DNA of 33,195 nucleotides from Bacteroidota bacterium (GCA_039798865.1 JBDKFF010000129.1:1-33195); one strand, 5' to 3'. Counted from the first letter of the stretch, positions 17,105-26,445 are shown. Numbers and translations: made by a program. Notes: generated by a model from the letters alone, not told the origin.

Positions 17105-19002
17105 AATTTCCAACGAACAAAAGCCTCCATGGCCTCGTATTCTGCTAAACCGAGCGCATTGTAGATTTGAGCAGTGCCGCGGTTTCGTTCTTCAGCACGT
17201 TGCCAAAATTCCCTTGAATCTTCACCTTGGAAGACAACACCGTCCTTTTGCGATTGGTGCTTGAAGATACCCATCCGTTTCTTGAAAACTTGGTCGGGTG
17301 ACATCGGTACAGCCATTTCGATCTGATCGATATCCCATTCTGCCCAGGCGCCTTTATAAAGCCATACCCAACAATTTTTCATGTATTCACGGTGTTTCAA
17401 TCGTTGGATAGCTTCGAAGATGGCATCTAAGCAAACCTTGTGCGTACCATGCGGGTCAGCAAGGTCACCTGCTGCGTAGATTTGATGAGGTTGTACTTCC
17501 TCGATGATGTCCATGATAAGTTGGATATCGGCCTCGCCAATCGGTTTCTTACGAATGGTACCCGTCTCGTAGAAGGGCATGTTTAAGAAGTGGGCGTTTT
17601 CTTTTTTAATGCCGACGAAGCGACAGGTGTTTTTGGCTTCCCCTTGTCGGATGAGACCTTTGATCTCACGAACCGATGGAATATCGAGTTCGGAATCTTT
17701 TTTGTTTTTCAGGAATTTGACTGCCTCTTTGTAGATTTTATTGGCCTTCGCGTTAGAGCTTTCGAACTTTTCATTGAAATCTACGACAAACTCAGCGAAA
17801 CGTAGGGCTTCATCATCAGCTACCGCAATATTTCCGGAGGTTTGATAGACGACATGCACATCATGTCCCTGATCATGAAGGCGCTGGAAAGTTCCACCCA
17901 TGGAGATGATGTCGTCGTCAGGGTGTGGGCTAAAAATGATTACTTTCTTTTTGGCTGGAAATGCACGCTCAGGACGGTGCGTATCGTCTGCATTGGGCTT
18001 TCCTCCAGGCCAACCCGTAATGGTGTGCTGTAAGTAGTTAAATACCTCGATGTTGATGTCGTAGGCTTGCCCGTAGAGGGAAAGTAAATCTGACATCCCA
18101 TGTTCGTTGTAGTCCTTGCTCGTTAACTTTAAGACGGGTTTCCCTAAATGAAGTGAGAGATGCGTAACTGCCTTTTTAATCATATTGCGATCCCAGGTAA
18201 CAGAATCTACCAGCCAGGGTGTTTTGATACGGGTAAGTAGGGAAGCGGCTGTTTCATCTAAGATGAAGAGTGTATTTGGGTGTTGCTGCAAATAGGATGC
18301 CGGGATATCTGAGGTGATTGTTCCTTCGACAGCCTTTGCTACACTTTGCGCTTTATGTTCACCCCAGGCAAGCAATACGATTCGTTTAGCTTGCATGATT
18401 TTATCGATACCTAAGGTAATGGCACGTTTAGGTACTTTTTCAAGTCCACCGAAATCGATCGCAGCATCAATTTTTGTGGTGATGTCCAAAGTCATTAAAC
18501 GTGTTTTGGAATTAATGACAGAGCCAGGCTCATTGAATCCGATGTGTCCGTTCCGACCAATACCAAGCAGGTAAAAATCAAATCCTCCTAATTTTTCAAT
18601 TTTTGCTTCGTAGGCCCGACAAAATTCGGGGATCTTGTCTATGGTTAATGTCCCATCGGGAATATGGTAATTTGTTACCGGTATATCGATGTGGTCGAAG
18701 AGCTGCTCGCGCATAAAACGGACATAGCTTTGAACAGAATCGGGTTCCATCGGGTGGTATTCATCCAAGTTGAAGGTGTGCACATTTTTGAAACTGAGCC
18801 CATCTTCTTTGTGAAGACGGATGAGTTCCTGATACACCTTTTTCGGAGATGATCCCGTTGCTAAGCCCAAGACGGTAGGCTTTTTGGCTTGATTATTTTG
18901 ACGAATGAGTGCGGCGATTTCATTGGCAACCGCTTTTGAGGCTTTTTCAGAGTCGTCAAAAATTTGAGTAGGGATACGTTCGAAGCTGATGGCTTGTTCC
19001 AT
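17101..19002 (-). CDS. nagB: Glucosamine-6-phosphate deaminase fused to a C-terminal PIG-L/LmbE-like deacetylase domain
   Basis: LGLATGSSP, FNLDEY, LGIGRNGHIGFNEPGS (NagB); SPHPDDD, DPHGTH, HQSQ (PIG-L family); 633 aa. Confidence 0.93.
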   Translation of the reverse strand: MEQAISFERIPTQIFDDSEKASKAVANEIAALIRQNNQAKKPTVLGLATGSSPKKVYQELIRLHKEDGLSFKNVHTFNLDEYHPMEPDSVQSYVRFMREQLFDHIDIPVTNYHIPDGTLTIDKIPEFCRAYEAKIEKLGGFDFYLLGIGRNGHIGFNEPGSVINSKTRLMTLDITTKIDAAIDFGGLEKVPKRAITLGIDKIMQAKRIVLLAWGEHKAQSVAKAVEGTITSDIPASYLQQHPNTLFILDETAASLLTRIKTPWLVDSVTWDRNMIKKAVTHLSLHLGKPVLKLTSKDYNEHGMSDLLSLYGQAYDINIEVFNYLQHTITGWPGGKPNADDTHRPERAFPAKKKVIIFSPHPDDDIISMGGTFQRLHDQGHDVHVVYQTSGNIAVADDEALRFAEFVVDFNEKFESSNAKANKIYKEAVKFLKNKKDSELDIPSVREIKGLIRQGEAKNTCRFVGIKKENAHFLNMPFYETGTIRKKPIGEADIQLIMDIIEEVQPHQIYAAGDLADPHGTHKVCLDAIFEAIQRLKHREYMKNCWVWLYKGAWAEWDIDQIEMAVPMSPDQVFKKRMGIFKHQSQKDGVVFQGEDSREFWQRAEERNRGTAQIYNALGLAEYEAMEAFVRWKF

Positions 19003-19013
19003 AGTAATTGATG

Positions 19014-19223
19014 TTAGGAGTTTTTGGCTGATACCACGATAAAATCGAGTTCGAGGATATCAAAAATGCGTAAGATGGTTTTGATAGCGGGGTTTCCTTT
19101 TCCCATTTCGATGGAGTGAATGGTTTTAATTGCTACTCCACTTCGGGCACTTAATTCTTCCTGTTTGAGATGCAAGGCATTTCGTTTTTCGCGGATGATT
19201 TGGCCAAAAATTAGTAAATCCAT
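19014..19223 (-). CDS. XRE-family helix-turn-helix regulator, HipB-like
   Basis: GQIIREKR..L.LKQEELS.RSGVAIKTIHSIEMGKGNP.IKTI..I...L. ATG 19223 preferred because the track's TTG at 19244 is part of the -7 box. Confidence 0.85.
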   Translation of the reverse strand: MDLLIFGQIIREKRNALHLKQEELSARSGVAIKTIHSIEMGKGNPAIKTILRIFDILELDFIVVSAKNS

Positions 19224-19241
19224 TGAATAGGTTTGTTTCAG

Positions 19242-19249
19242 CAAATATA
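19242..19249 (-). promoter_or_regulatory. -7 promoter element for the XRE regulator (and probably nagB)
   Basis: Minus-strand TATATTTG matches TAnnTTTG, 18 nt upstream of ATG 19223. Confidence 0.6.
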
Positions 19250-19268
19250 TAAAACAAATTGATTTTAA

Positions 19269-19300
19269 AATACTTTCGGTAATATGTTACTGATTGTATT
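19269..19300. promoter_or_regulatory. Imperfect 32-bp palindrome, candidate operator
   Basis: aatac-tt-tcggtaatatgttactga-tt-gtatt, located where the -33 region of the XRE promoter would fall. Confidence 0.5.
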
Positions 19301-19361
19301 AAATTTTATTGATTTTTTTGATAATGTGATGAGCGGGAAACCTTTTGGCTTTTTTGCGAGT

Positions 19362-19369
19362 TATCTTTG
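19362..19369 (+). promoter_or_regulatory. -7 promoter element for the TonB-dependent receptor
   Basis: TATCTTTG matches TAnnTTTG, 16 nt upstream of ATG 19386. Confidence 0.55.
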
Positions 19370-19385
19370 TGTTTTCATTGTTAAT

Positions 19386-21764
19386 ATGATGTATATAAAG
19401 AAAATTGGTTTCTTGTTGTTGATGCTTTTGCCCACGCTCATGTTTGCTCAAAAGGCTACCATTAGTGGATATGTGAAGGATGCTTCGAACGGAGAAGGGC
19501 TCATTGGTGCGAGTATTTATATCAAAGAACTGAAGGTTGGTAATGTAACCAATACCTATGGTTTCTATAGTTTATCGGTACAGCCGGGTGAATTTACTTT
19601 GGTATTTTCTTCTTCGGGTTTTGCCAAGCAAGAGAAGAAAGTGACTTTTTCAGGAAAAAATCAAACCTTGAATATCGAGATGAAACCTGAGAGCAATGAA
19701 CTAGCGGAAGTTCGTGTGACGGCAAAAGCGGTGGATGAGAACGTCAAGGGCATTGAGATGTCGGTGAATAAAATCGACATCAAAACCATTCGTAAAATAC
19801 CTGCCTTGTTGGGAGAAGTGGATTTGGTTCGTGCTATTCAGTTGTTACCAGGCGTTTCTACGGTGGGTGAAGGTGCATCTGGATTTAATGTTCGTGGAGG
19901 CGGGGTCGATCAAAACTTGGTCTTATTAGACGATGCTCCTGTTTATAATTCGTCTCACTTGTTCGGTTTTTTCTCGGTCTTTAATCCCGATGCGGTGAAA
20001 GATGTTAAGTTGTTCAAAGGGGGTATTCCTTCACAATATGGTGGTCGTGTTTCTTCGATTCTTGATGTGAAAATGAAGGAGGGAAATGCGAAGAAATTGG
20101 AAGTGAATGGAGGAATCGGGGTAATCTTTTCACGTTTGTCGATCGAAGCACCGCTGATCAAAGATAAGGCGTCATTTATCGTGGCAGCCCGTCGTTCTTA
20201 CATTGATATCTTGGCGAAACCTTTTTTGACAGGAAATAACGCCGACGCTACCTTTAATTTCTATGATTTAACGGCTAAGGTTAATTACAATATTGACACA
20301 AAAAATACGGTATTCTTATCCGGATATTTTGGTCGGGACGTCTTTGGAACCGGATTTGGTTTCAATTGGGGGAATAGTACGATATCGGCGAGATGGAATC
20401 ACGTATTCTCCAACAAGTTGTTTATGAATGCGACGACGTTCTATTCTAATTACGACTATTTATTAGATTCTGATTTGAAAAATAAGCGTCCATCGGATGC
20501 GTTTCGTTGGACATCTAATATTGTTAACCTAAGCTTTAAGCCTGATTTTACCTACTATGTAACACCGGATAATACCTTGACTTTTGGTGCTCAGGTATTG
20601 TCCTATCAATTTTCACCGGGAAAAGCCTCGGCATCTTCGAATGGAGCTGTTCGGAATTTTGGGCAGGCCGATAAGAGCGGATTGGAGTTATCCGCATACA
20701 TTGGTGATGAGTGGAAGATTAGTCCGCGGATATCGGTTCAATACGGCATAAGGTATTCGAATTATGATTATAAGAGTGATGATGGTGTGTATTACGAACG
20801 AATTGCGGTGCCGAACAGCATCGAAAATCCGACTGGATTTACGTTGAAGCCGGTGCAAGTTTCACCCACGAGTTCTGTGGCCACTTATGGGAATTGGGAA
20901 CCACGCTTTGCCCTAAATTTAAAGGCGGGGGAGAATTCTTCTTTCAAAGCGTCCTATAACCGTTTGGCGCAGTATGTGCATTTGATGTCAAATACGGCGG
21001 CATCTACGCCTTTGGATGTTTGGACTCCATCGACCAACAATATTAAACCTCAAATTGCGGATCAAGTAGCACTCGGTGTATTTAAAAATTTAGGTGAAAA
21101 TGGTAATGATTACGAGACTTCTGTTGAGGTGTATTACAAGGAAATGCAGAACCAAATTGACTACGCGGATCGAGCAAATTTGTTCTTGAATCCCTTATTT
21201 GAAAAAGATTTGTTATTTGGTAAGGGGCGGGCTTATGGTTTGGAATTATACTTGAAAAAGAACGTGGGCAAGTTGACGGGATGGGCGAGTTATACGCTGG
21301 CGCGATCAGAACGTTTAATTGAAGGATTAAATAATAATGAATGGTATGTGAATCGTTATGACCGGACGCATACCTTTAACATGGTTGGCCAATATGCCTT
21401 ATCAGCTAAATGGTCTTTTGGGGCTAATTTTGCTTACATCACAGGAGTTCCTTATTCGATTCCATCGCAGAAATATATCTATGAGGGCGTTGCCTACCCG
21501 CAAACAGTTCCTGGGACACGGGGTAATATTCGTGTGCCGGATTACCATCGTTTAGATATTTCGGCAACGAAAAAGAACAAGAAGGCCTTATTTGGCAAGG
21601 GTAGTTCGGAGTGGGTTTTCTCGGTGTATAATTTATACAATCGTAAGAATCCGTTCTCCATTTACACGCAACCCAATGCAGATAATACCTTAAAAACAGA
21701 AGCGGTTCAATTGTCCATTATTGGCTCATTTATACCTGCTGTCACCTATAATTTTACGTTTTAA
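19386..21764 (+). CDS. TonB-dependent outer-membrane receptor (non-SusC type) with N-terminal carboxypeptidase-regulatory-like domain
   Basis: Signal peptide ending MFAQ, ISGYVKD..NGEGLIGA, IQLLPGV, NVRGG..DQNLVLLD, YGGRVSS, YHRLD, C-terminal YNFTF. Start at ATG 19386 or 19389. Confidence 0.92.
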   Translation: MMYIKKIGFLLLMLLPTLMFAQKATISGYVKDASNGEGLIGASIYIKELKVGNVTNTYGFYSLSVQPGEFTLVFSSSGFAKQEKKVTFSGKNQTLNIEMKPESNELAEVRVTAKAVDENVKGIEMSVNKIDIKTIRKIPALLGEVDLVRAIQLLPGVSTVGEGASGFNVRGGGVDQNLVLLDDAPVYNSSHLFGFFSVFNPDAVKDVKLFKGGIPSQYGGRVSSILDVKMKEGNAKKLEVNGGIGVIFSRLSIEAPLIKDKASFIVAARRSYIDILAKPFLTGNNADATFNFYDLTAKVNYNIDTKNTVFLSGYFGRDVFGTGFGFNWGNSTISARWNHVFSNKLFMNATTFYSNYDYLLDSDLKNKRPSDAFRWTSNIVNLSFKPDFTYYVTPDNTLTFGAQVLSYQFSPGKASASSNGAVRNFGQADKSGLELSAYIGDEWKISPRISVQYGIRYSNYDYKSDDGVYYERIAVPNSIENPTGFTLKPVQVSPTSSVATYGNWEPRFALNLKAGENSSFKASYNRLAQYVHLMSNTAASTPLDVWTPSTNNIKPQIADQVALGVFKNLGENGNDYETSVEVYYKEMQNQIDYADRANLFLNPLFEKDLLFGKGRAYGLELYLKKNVGKLTGWASYTLARSERLIEGLNNNEWYVNRYDRTHTFNMVGQYALSAKWSFGANFAYITGVPYSIPSQKYIYEGVAYPQTVPGTRGNIRVPDYHRLDISATKKNKKALFGKGSSEWVFSVYNLYNRKNPFSIYTQPNADNTLKTEAVQLSIIGSFIPAVTYNFTF

Positions 21765-21765
21765 G

Positions 21766-22677
21766 ATGCGCTATTTACTCGTTTTATTTTCGATGTTTTT
21801 GTTCGCTTGTGAGGATGTTGTCACCTTACAGAGCCCTAAATCGGATCGCTATTTAGTCGTTGAAAGTACGTTGACTAATTTACCGGGTCCCCAGAAAATC
21901 ATCTTGACGCAATCGCAGGATTATTTTGACAATACGAATCCACCGGCCATCCAAGGTGCGGAGGTTATTGTTCGCGATGATGCCTCAAATGAATTTAAAT
22001 TTGTCGAGAGCCCTGATGCACCGGGTACCTATGTATGGGTTCCTACGGCTTTAAAGCCGATCTTTGGGCAAGTGGGGCGCATTTATCAATTGACGATTAA
22101 ATCGGGTTCTGACAGTTTTGTGGCATCCGCCAAAATGAACCCGGTTCCTCCGATCGATTCCATTGCTTACAAGAAGGCTACAGCAAATCCGCGTCAATCA
22201 GCTGATGGTAAACCCAAAGAAGGTTTTGAGGCTCGTTTCTTTGGTAATGATTTAGTGGGTGAGGGGAGCTGCTACCGCGTTAAGTTTTACAAGAATGGTA
22301 AATTGTTCAATTCACCGTCTAATTTGGTTGTATTTTATGACTCCGCTTTGCAGAAGGTATCCGGAACGGATGGTTTGATGTTTAATTTGCCCATTCGTGC
22401 TTCGATTAATCCGGAACTGTATGAGGCAAATGATAAGTTGAAAGTCGAGCTTTATTCGATTTCTTTAGACCAGTTTAGCTTTTATTCGCAGGCTCGATTG
22501 GAATTAAATAATGCCGGTTTATTTTCTAGACCAGCGGCGAACATTCCATCCAATATCAAGAATCTAAATTCGAATTCTAAATTGCAAGGAGCTGGTTGGT
22601 TTGGTGTATCTGCTGTCTCATCATTGGAAACAGTTATTGATCCAGCCAAGGCGCGTAAAGGAAGTGATTTACCTTAA
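21766..22677 (+). CDS. DUF4249-like lipoprotein partner of the receptor
   Basis: Lipobox LFAC then EDVV, LVVES.LTN, C-terminal PAANIPSNI.....GWFGVS. Starts 1 nt after the receptor stop. Confidence 0.75.
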   Translation: MRYLLVLFSMFLFACEDVVTLQSPKSDRYLVVESTLTNLPGPQKIILTQSQDYFDNTNPPAIQGAEVIVRDDASNEFKFVESPDAPGTYVWVPTALKPIFGQVGRIYQLTIKSGSDSFVASAKMNPVPPIDSIAYKKATANPRQSADGKPKEGFEARFFGNDLVGEGSCYRVKFYKNGKLFNSPSNLVVFYDSALQKVSGTDGLMFNLPIRASINPELYEANDKLKVELYSISLDQFSFYSQARLELNNAGLFSRPAANIPSNIKNLNSNSKLQGAGWFGVSAVSSLETVIDPAKARKGSDLP

Positions 22678-22680
22678 TAT

Positions 22681-23358
22681 TTATTCGAAATTTATCAACA
22701 AGGTAACTGTGTGGGTGCGAATTCCATTCAATTTAGAATAAGCCCCCGCGACAGACGGAGGGACATATAGGTTCAGCAACCCGTGTGAAAAGCGAATCTC
22801 GGGAGTAAATTTGAAGAATTGAAAATATTGCTCGAGACCGAAACCATACTCCAGGGAGAGATCAGCTGTGTTGGCACTGAGTGCCGTACTTTTTTTCTTT
22901 ACATTGGCTTCTATTCCCAATTTAGCCCCCCCAATTACATATAAGCGGTGGTTGTTTCGACGAACGGATCTTAGCTTCAACAAAACAGGAATCTCTAGCC
23001 ATGTCGATTCACGCCAAAGCGGTTCATTGGGCTCACTTCTGAATTGAATTTCCCGCTCATACAGGGCGATGTTAATGCCGGATTTAATTTCCCAATGTTT
23101 ATCAAAAGCGTAGTTGACAAGTCCACCAATTTGAAAACCAAAATTACGCGGGGAGCGAACCGAATCCGCTGTACCTAATAGGGCTTGTTGGGCTTGAATG
23201 GAATAATTGGTCGAGGCAAAACCAAATAAAAACCCGAAGTGGACGGGTTTTTCATCGTAATATTCATGAAAAATACGGGTGTATTTGGTATGCTGCCCCC
23301 AAGATTGGAATGCAAACAATATCAAACACAGAGTCCCTATTTTTTTAAATATCCGCAC
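22681..23358 (-). CDS. porT: PorT/SprT-family outer-membrane beta-barrel protein (type IX secretion associated)
   Basis: YDEKPVHFGF, EIPVLLKLRS.R.NN.R.YVIGG, FFKFTPEIRFSHGL.N, C-terminal NFE. It follows menG/ubiE, an arrangement I recall as common in Bacteroidota. GTG start at 23358 inferred from the signal peptide. Confidence 0.75.
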   Translation of the reverse strand: MRIFKKIGTLCLILFAFQSWGQHTKYTRIFHEYYDEKPVHFGFLFGFASTNYSIQAQQALLGTADSVRSPRNFGFQIGGLVNYAFDKHWEIKSGINIALYEREIQFRSEPNEPLWRESTWLEIPVLLKLRSVRRNNHRLYVIGGAKLGIEANVKKKSTALSANTADLSLEYGFGLEQYFQFFKFTPEIRFSHGLLNLYVPPSVAGAYSKLNGIRTHTVTLLINFE

Positions 23359-23360
23359 GT

Positions 23361-24086
23361 TTATTTTGCTTTTTGGCCGAGGTAGATGGAACATATCCCA
23401 CCTGTCATCGGAATCCATTGCGTATTGCTAAATCCACAGTTTTCGTAGATGTTAATAAAATCCTTTCCATCTGGAAATGCTTGAACGGATTCAGGCAGGT
23501 AGGTATAGGCCGAGGAATCTTTCGAGATTAGTTTTCCTAAGAGGGGTAAACAATAGCGCGAATAGAAACCATATAATTGCTTCATCGGAAAATTTTTGGG
23601 ATTCGAGAATTCCAAAATGAGGCAATAACCACCCGGTTTTAAAACGCGAAACATATCCTTTAAGCCTTTTTCCAAGGTTTCGTAATTACGTACACCAAAA
23701 CTAACGGTGATTGCATCGAAACTATTGTCGGAAAAAGGAAGTTTTTCCGAGTCACCCAACTGCAAGGTGATTTTATCCTCCAAACCCATTTTCTTGATTT
23801 TCTCTTTGCCGAAGGCCAACATGCCTTCTGAGATATCCACGCCAACAATCTTATCGGGATTGATTTTTAGGGCTTCGATCGCAAAGTCGCCTGTACCGGT
23901 AGCAATGTCTAAGACTTTCTTGATTCCCTTATTTTGAAGGAGTTTGATGGCCTTTTTTCGCCAAATAATATCAATTCCACCGCTTAACAAGTGATTTAGG
24001 AAATCATATTTGTGGGAAATGGAATTGAACATGTCTGCGACCTGCTCTTTTTTACCTTTATTTTGATTTTTGTAGGGAACGACCAT
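23361..24086 (-). CDS. ubiE: Demethylmenaquinone methyltransferase (UbiE/MenG)
   Basis: MFNSIS.KYDFLNHLLSGGID..WR, LDIATGTGD, FGVRN, RVLKPGG, AYTYLPESV..FP. Confidence 0.95.
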   Translation of the reverse strand: MVVPYKNQNKGKKEQVADMFNSISHKYDFLNHLLSGGIDIIWRKKAIKLLQNKGIKKVLDIATGTGDFAIEALKINPDKIVGVDISEGMLAFGKEKIKKMGLEDKITLQLGDSEKLPFSDNSFDAITVSFGVRNYETLEKGLKDMFRVLKPGGYCLILEFSNPKNFPMKQLYGFYSRYCLPLLGKLISKDSSAYTYLPESVQAFPDGKDFINIYENCGFSNTQWIPMTGGICSIYLGQKAK

Positions 24087-24162
24087 AGCATTGATTGATT
24101 TGCTTAAGTCTAACGCTGTGCTTAGGCAAATTGTTTAGGCAAAAATACCAATTTTATTTGGT

Positions 24163-25089
24163 TTAATGGGGCGCCATGCTGAAAATACCCACCAAACACC
24201 ACATAATGATAAAGCTGATGAGCATAGAGAAATTCACAATTGCCGCCGCGATTCCCGTATCGAAGTTGAGCTCATCGGAATAGGTAATGAGTGTCATACC
24301 GGCTGGTAGGATGAGGCAGATGAGCAACATGTTTCGGTATTGAAATTCAAATGGAACAGTATAATAGAGGATGAGGCCGATGCTTAAACCCAATAGATAG
24401 CGTAAACCGAGTACTTGGAATACTTTTGCGAAGGCGACTTTAGGTAAACGCACGCTGAAATAAATCCCCATCAAAAGTAAAACCATCGGTTTATTGCCTT
24501 TGGCGATGGTATCGATGATGTCCATGGCCAATGGAAAAACGGGAATTTGAAAAATATTGCAGCTTAGACCAAGGAGCATGGCTTGAAATGGAGGCAGCGT
24601 AAAGATTTTCTTGAGCACATGCTTCCATGGATTGGCAGGTCCATGATTTCCAGAGAGATAAGTCCCCATGCCGTAATTGACCATGAAGTTGATGACTGAA
24701 TTCCCCAAATCGAACATTATCGCATAGGTCAATCCTTCCCATCCCCAAATGCCTTCTATCAAAGGATAAGCAAATAAGCCGAGGTTCCAGCCGGCTGATC
24801 CCATGGTTAGGATTCCCCGATTTTCACGCTTTTCCTTTTTGAATAGGATAAATCCTATGTAAGAGGATAAAAAGCCAAACAGCATGGCAATTAATGGTAA
24901 CCATCCCAATGCAGCCGAAAGTTTCACTTTCAGCATAGTCGCAAAGACCAAGGCGGGGAAAGTGGTATGCATCAAAAATTTCGAGATGGATTTCGCATCT
25001 TTCAGATCAATGAACTTGAGGCTTTTGAGTAAATAGCCAATTCCAATAATGATTAATGCGGATCCAAAGACCAGGTTGGTCGTGTTCAT
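24163..25089 (-). CDS. AEC (auxin efflux carrier)-family membrane transporter
   Basis: About 10 hydrophobic segments, PALVF, NLGLFAYPL...IWG, P.VLLLMG, LPAG; 308 aa. Confidence 0.8.
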   Translation of the reverse strand: MNTTNLVFGSALIIIGIGYLLKSLKFIDLKDAKSISKFLMHTTFPALVFATMLKVKLSAALGWLPLIAMLFGFLSSYIGFILFKKEKRENRGILTMGSAGWNLGLFAYPLIEGIWGWEGLTYAIMFDLGNSVINFMVNYGMGTYLSGNHGPANPWKHVLKKIFTLPPFQAMLLGLSCNIFQIPVFPLAMDIIDTIAKGNKPMVLLLMGIYFSVRLPKVAFAKVFQVLGLRYLLGLSIGLILYYTVPFEFQYRNMLLICLILPAGMTLITYSDELNFDTGIAAAIVNFSMLISFIIMWCLVGIFSMAPH

Positions 25090-26309
25090 GCTTCCTTACT
25101 TTCAGGTTTAGGGAGTGCGATTCGGAAGGTACTCCCTTTGTTTATTTCGGTTGATTTTAAGGTTAATTTACCCTCGTGGTAGTTTTCCACGATGCGTTTG
25201 GCTAATGTAAGGCCCAAACCCCAACCTCGCTTCTTCGTACTATAGCCCGGGTTGAAAATTTTAGACATGTTCGTTGGAATAATTCCTTTTCCGGTATCTG
25301 AAATATCGATGTAAAGCTGATTGTTTTTTCCTTCGTGCAGGTAGATTAACATGTGTCCTGTGCCGCTCATGGCATCAACGGCATTCTTACAGATGTTCTC
25401 TATGACCCATTCGAATAGGTATTTATTTACGTTCGCCGTTTGTCCGGGTGCGAGCGTACATTTAATTTCAATGAGCACTTTGGTAGATATTCGAATTTTC
25501 AAATATGCGATGAAACTTGAAATCAATTCTTCCAGGTCTTCCTCTTTTAAAATGGGGGTGGATCCGATGTTCGAGAAGCGGGTTGTGATGGTTTCTAAAC
25601 GCTGAATATCCTTGCTTAATTCATTGACAATTTCCGGATTGATGTGGGGTTCGTTGCGTAGGATTTCGACCCAAGCGGTGAGGGAGGAAAGGGGAGTCCC
25701 CAACTGGTGTGCAGTCTCTTTGGCAAGTCCCACCCATACTCGATTTTGTTCCGCACGTCTTGAATAGGAAAAGAATATGTATCCGAGAAAGCCAACAATC
25801 AGTACCACAAGGAGCTGGGAAAGCGGATAGTAGCGAAGTAATTTTAGGAGCTTCGAATTACCATAATAGATGTATTCCTTCTGAAATCCCATGTCCATTT
25901 CGATGGGTTTATTATTTTCAGCAATGATTTCTTGAAGTTTCGTTTTAAGTAACTCCTGTTTTTGCTCGACATCGATTTCCTCGGGAATGGAGATATTGAT
26001 TGAGTTTAAATGCCCACTTCCATCCTTCCAGATAACGGGAATGGTATTGTTTTCATTGATTTTTTTGATTCGCTCAAAGAAAAAATTGATATCGGCATTC
26101 TCATCACTCGTCATCACATAACGAATGGTTTCCGCATATAATTCGATTTGTTGTTTTTCCCGCTCCTCTAATTTGGAAACCAAACCATCCGTGAAATAAA
26201 GGGAAAATCCTGCCATGAAGATGCAAACGGCAAAGAAGATGACTTTCAACCAGGTATCACGGTTGTAAAAGGCAAGCGGCAAGGCAACTTCTTTGGTTAG
26301 TATTTTCAT
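25086..26309 (-). CDS. Membrane-bound sensor histidine kinase (no adjacent response regulator)
   Basis: Two TM helices, H-box ETAHQLGTPL, N-box ENICKNAVDA, DTGKG, GYSTK, GWGLGL. Start uncertain (26309 or 26339). Confidence 0.92.
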   Translation of the reverse strand: MKILTKEVALPLAFYNRDTWLKVIFFAVCIFMAGFSLYFTDGLVSKLEEREKQQIELYAETIRYVMTSDENADINFFFERIKKINENNTIPVIWKDGSGHLNSINISIPEEIDVEQKQELLKTKLQEIIAENNKPIEMDMGFQKEYIYYGNSKLLKLLRYYPLSQLLVVLIVGFLGYIFFSYSRRAEQNRVWVGLAKETAHQLGTPLSSLTAWVEILRNEPHINPEIVNELSKDIQRLETITTRFSNIGSTPILKEEDLEELISSFIAYLKIRISTKVLIEIKCTLAPGQTANVNKYLFEWVIENICKNAVDAMSGTGHMLIYLHEGKNNQLYIDISDTGKGIIPTNMSKIFNPGYSTKKRGWGLGLTLAKRIVENYHEGKLTLKSTEINKGSTFRIALPKPESKEA

Positions 26310-26381
26310 AGATCCATGGTTCAAGCTACCATTCCTCACAAATTACTCACCGTTTATCCATAAATCAAAAATATTTTTTCT

Positions 26382-26408
26382 AAGGTACTTTGTATTACAT
26401 AGTACCTT
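26382..26408. promoter_or_regulatory. 27-bp palindrome, candidate PadR operator
   Basis: AAGGTACT-t-TGTA-t-TACA-t-AGTACCTT; 12 of 13 symmetric positions are complementary. Overlaps the -33 TTTG of the padR promoter. Confidence 0.75.
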
Positions 26409-26419
26409 TTATACATTTG
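26389..26419 (+). promoter_or_regulatory. Promoter of the padR-pspC operon
   Basis: TTTG (26389-26392), 19-nt spacer, TACATTTG (26412-26419). Full -33/-7 consensus. Confidence 0.75.
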
Positions 26420-26445
26420 TCCTATCAAATAAACAAATCAAAGCG

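Noticed and set aside
24122-24143. Direct repeat TTAGGCAAA x2 upstream of ubiE
   Set aside because: Only two 9-mers, one overlapping a likely -7 box (TATTTTTG on the minus strand); too weak to call an operator.
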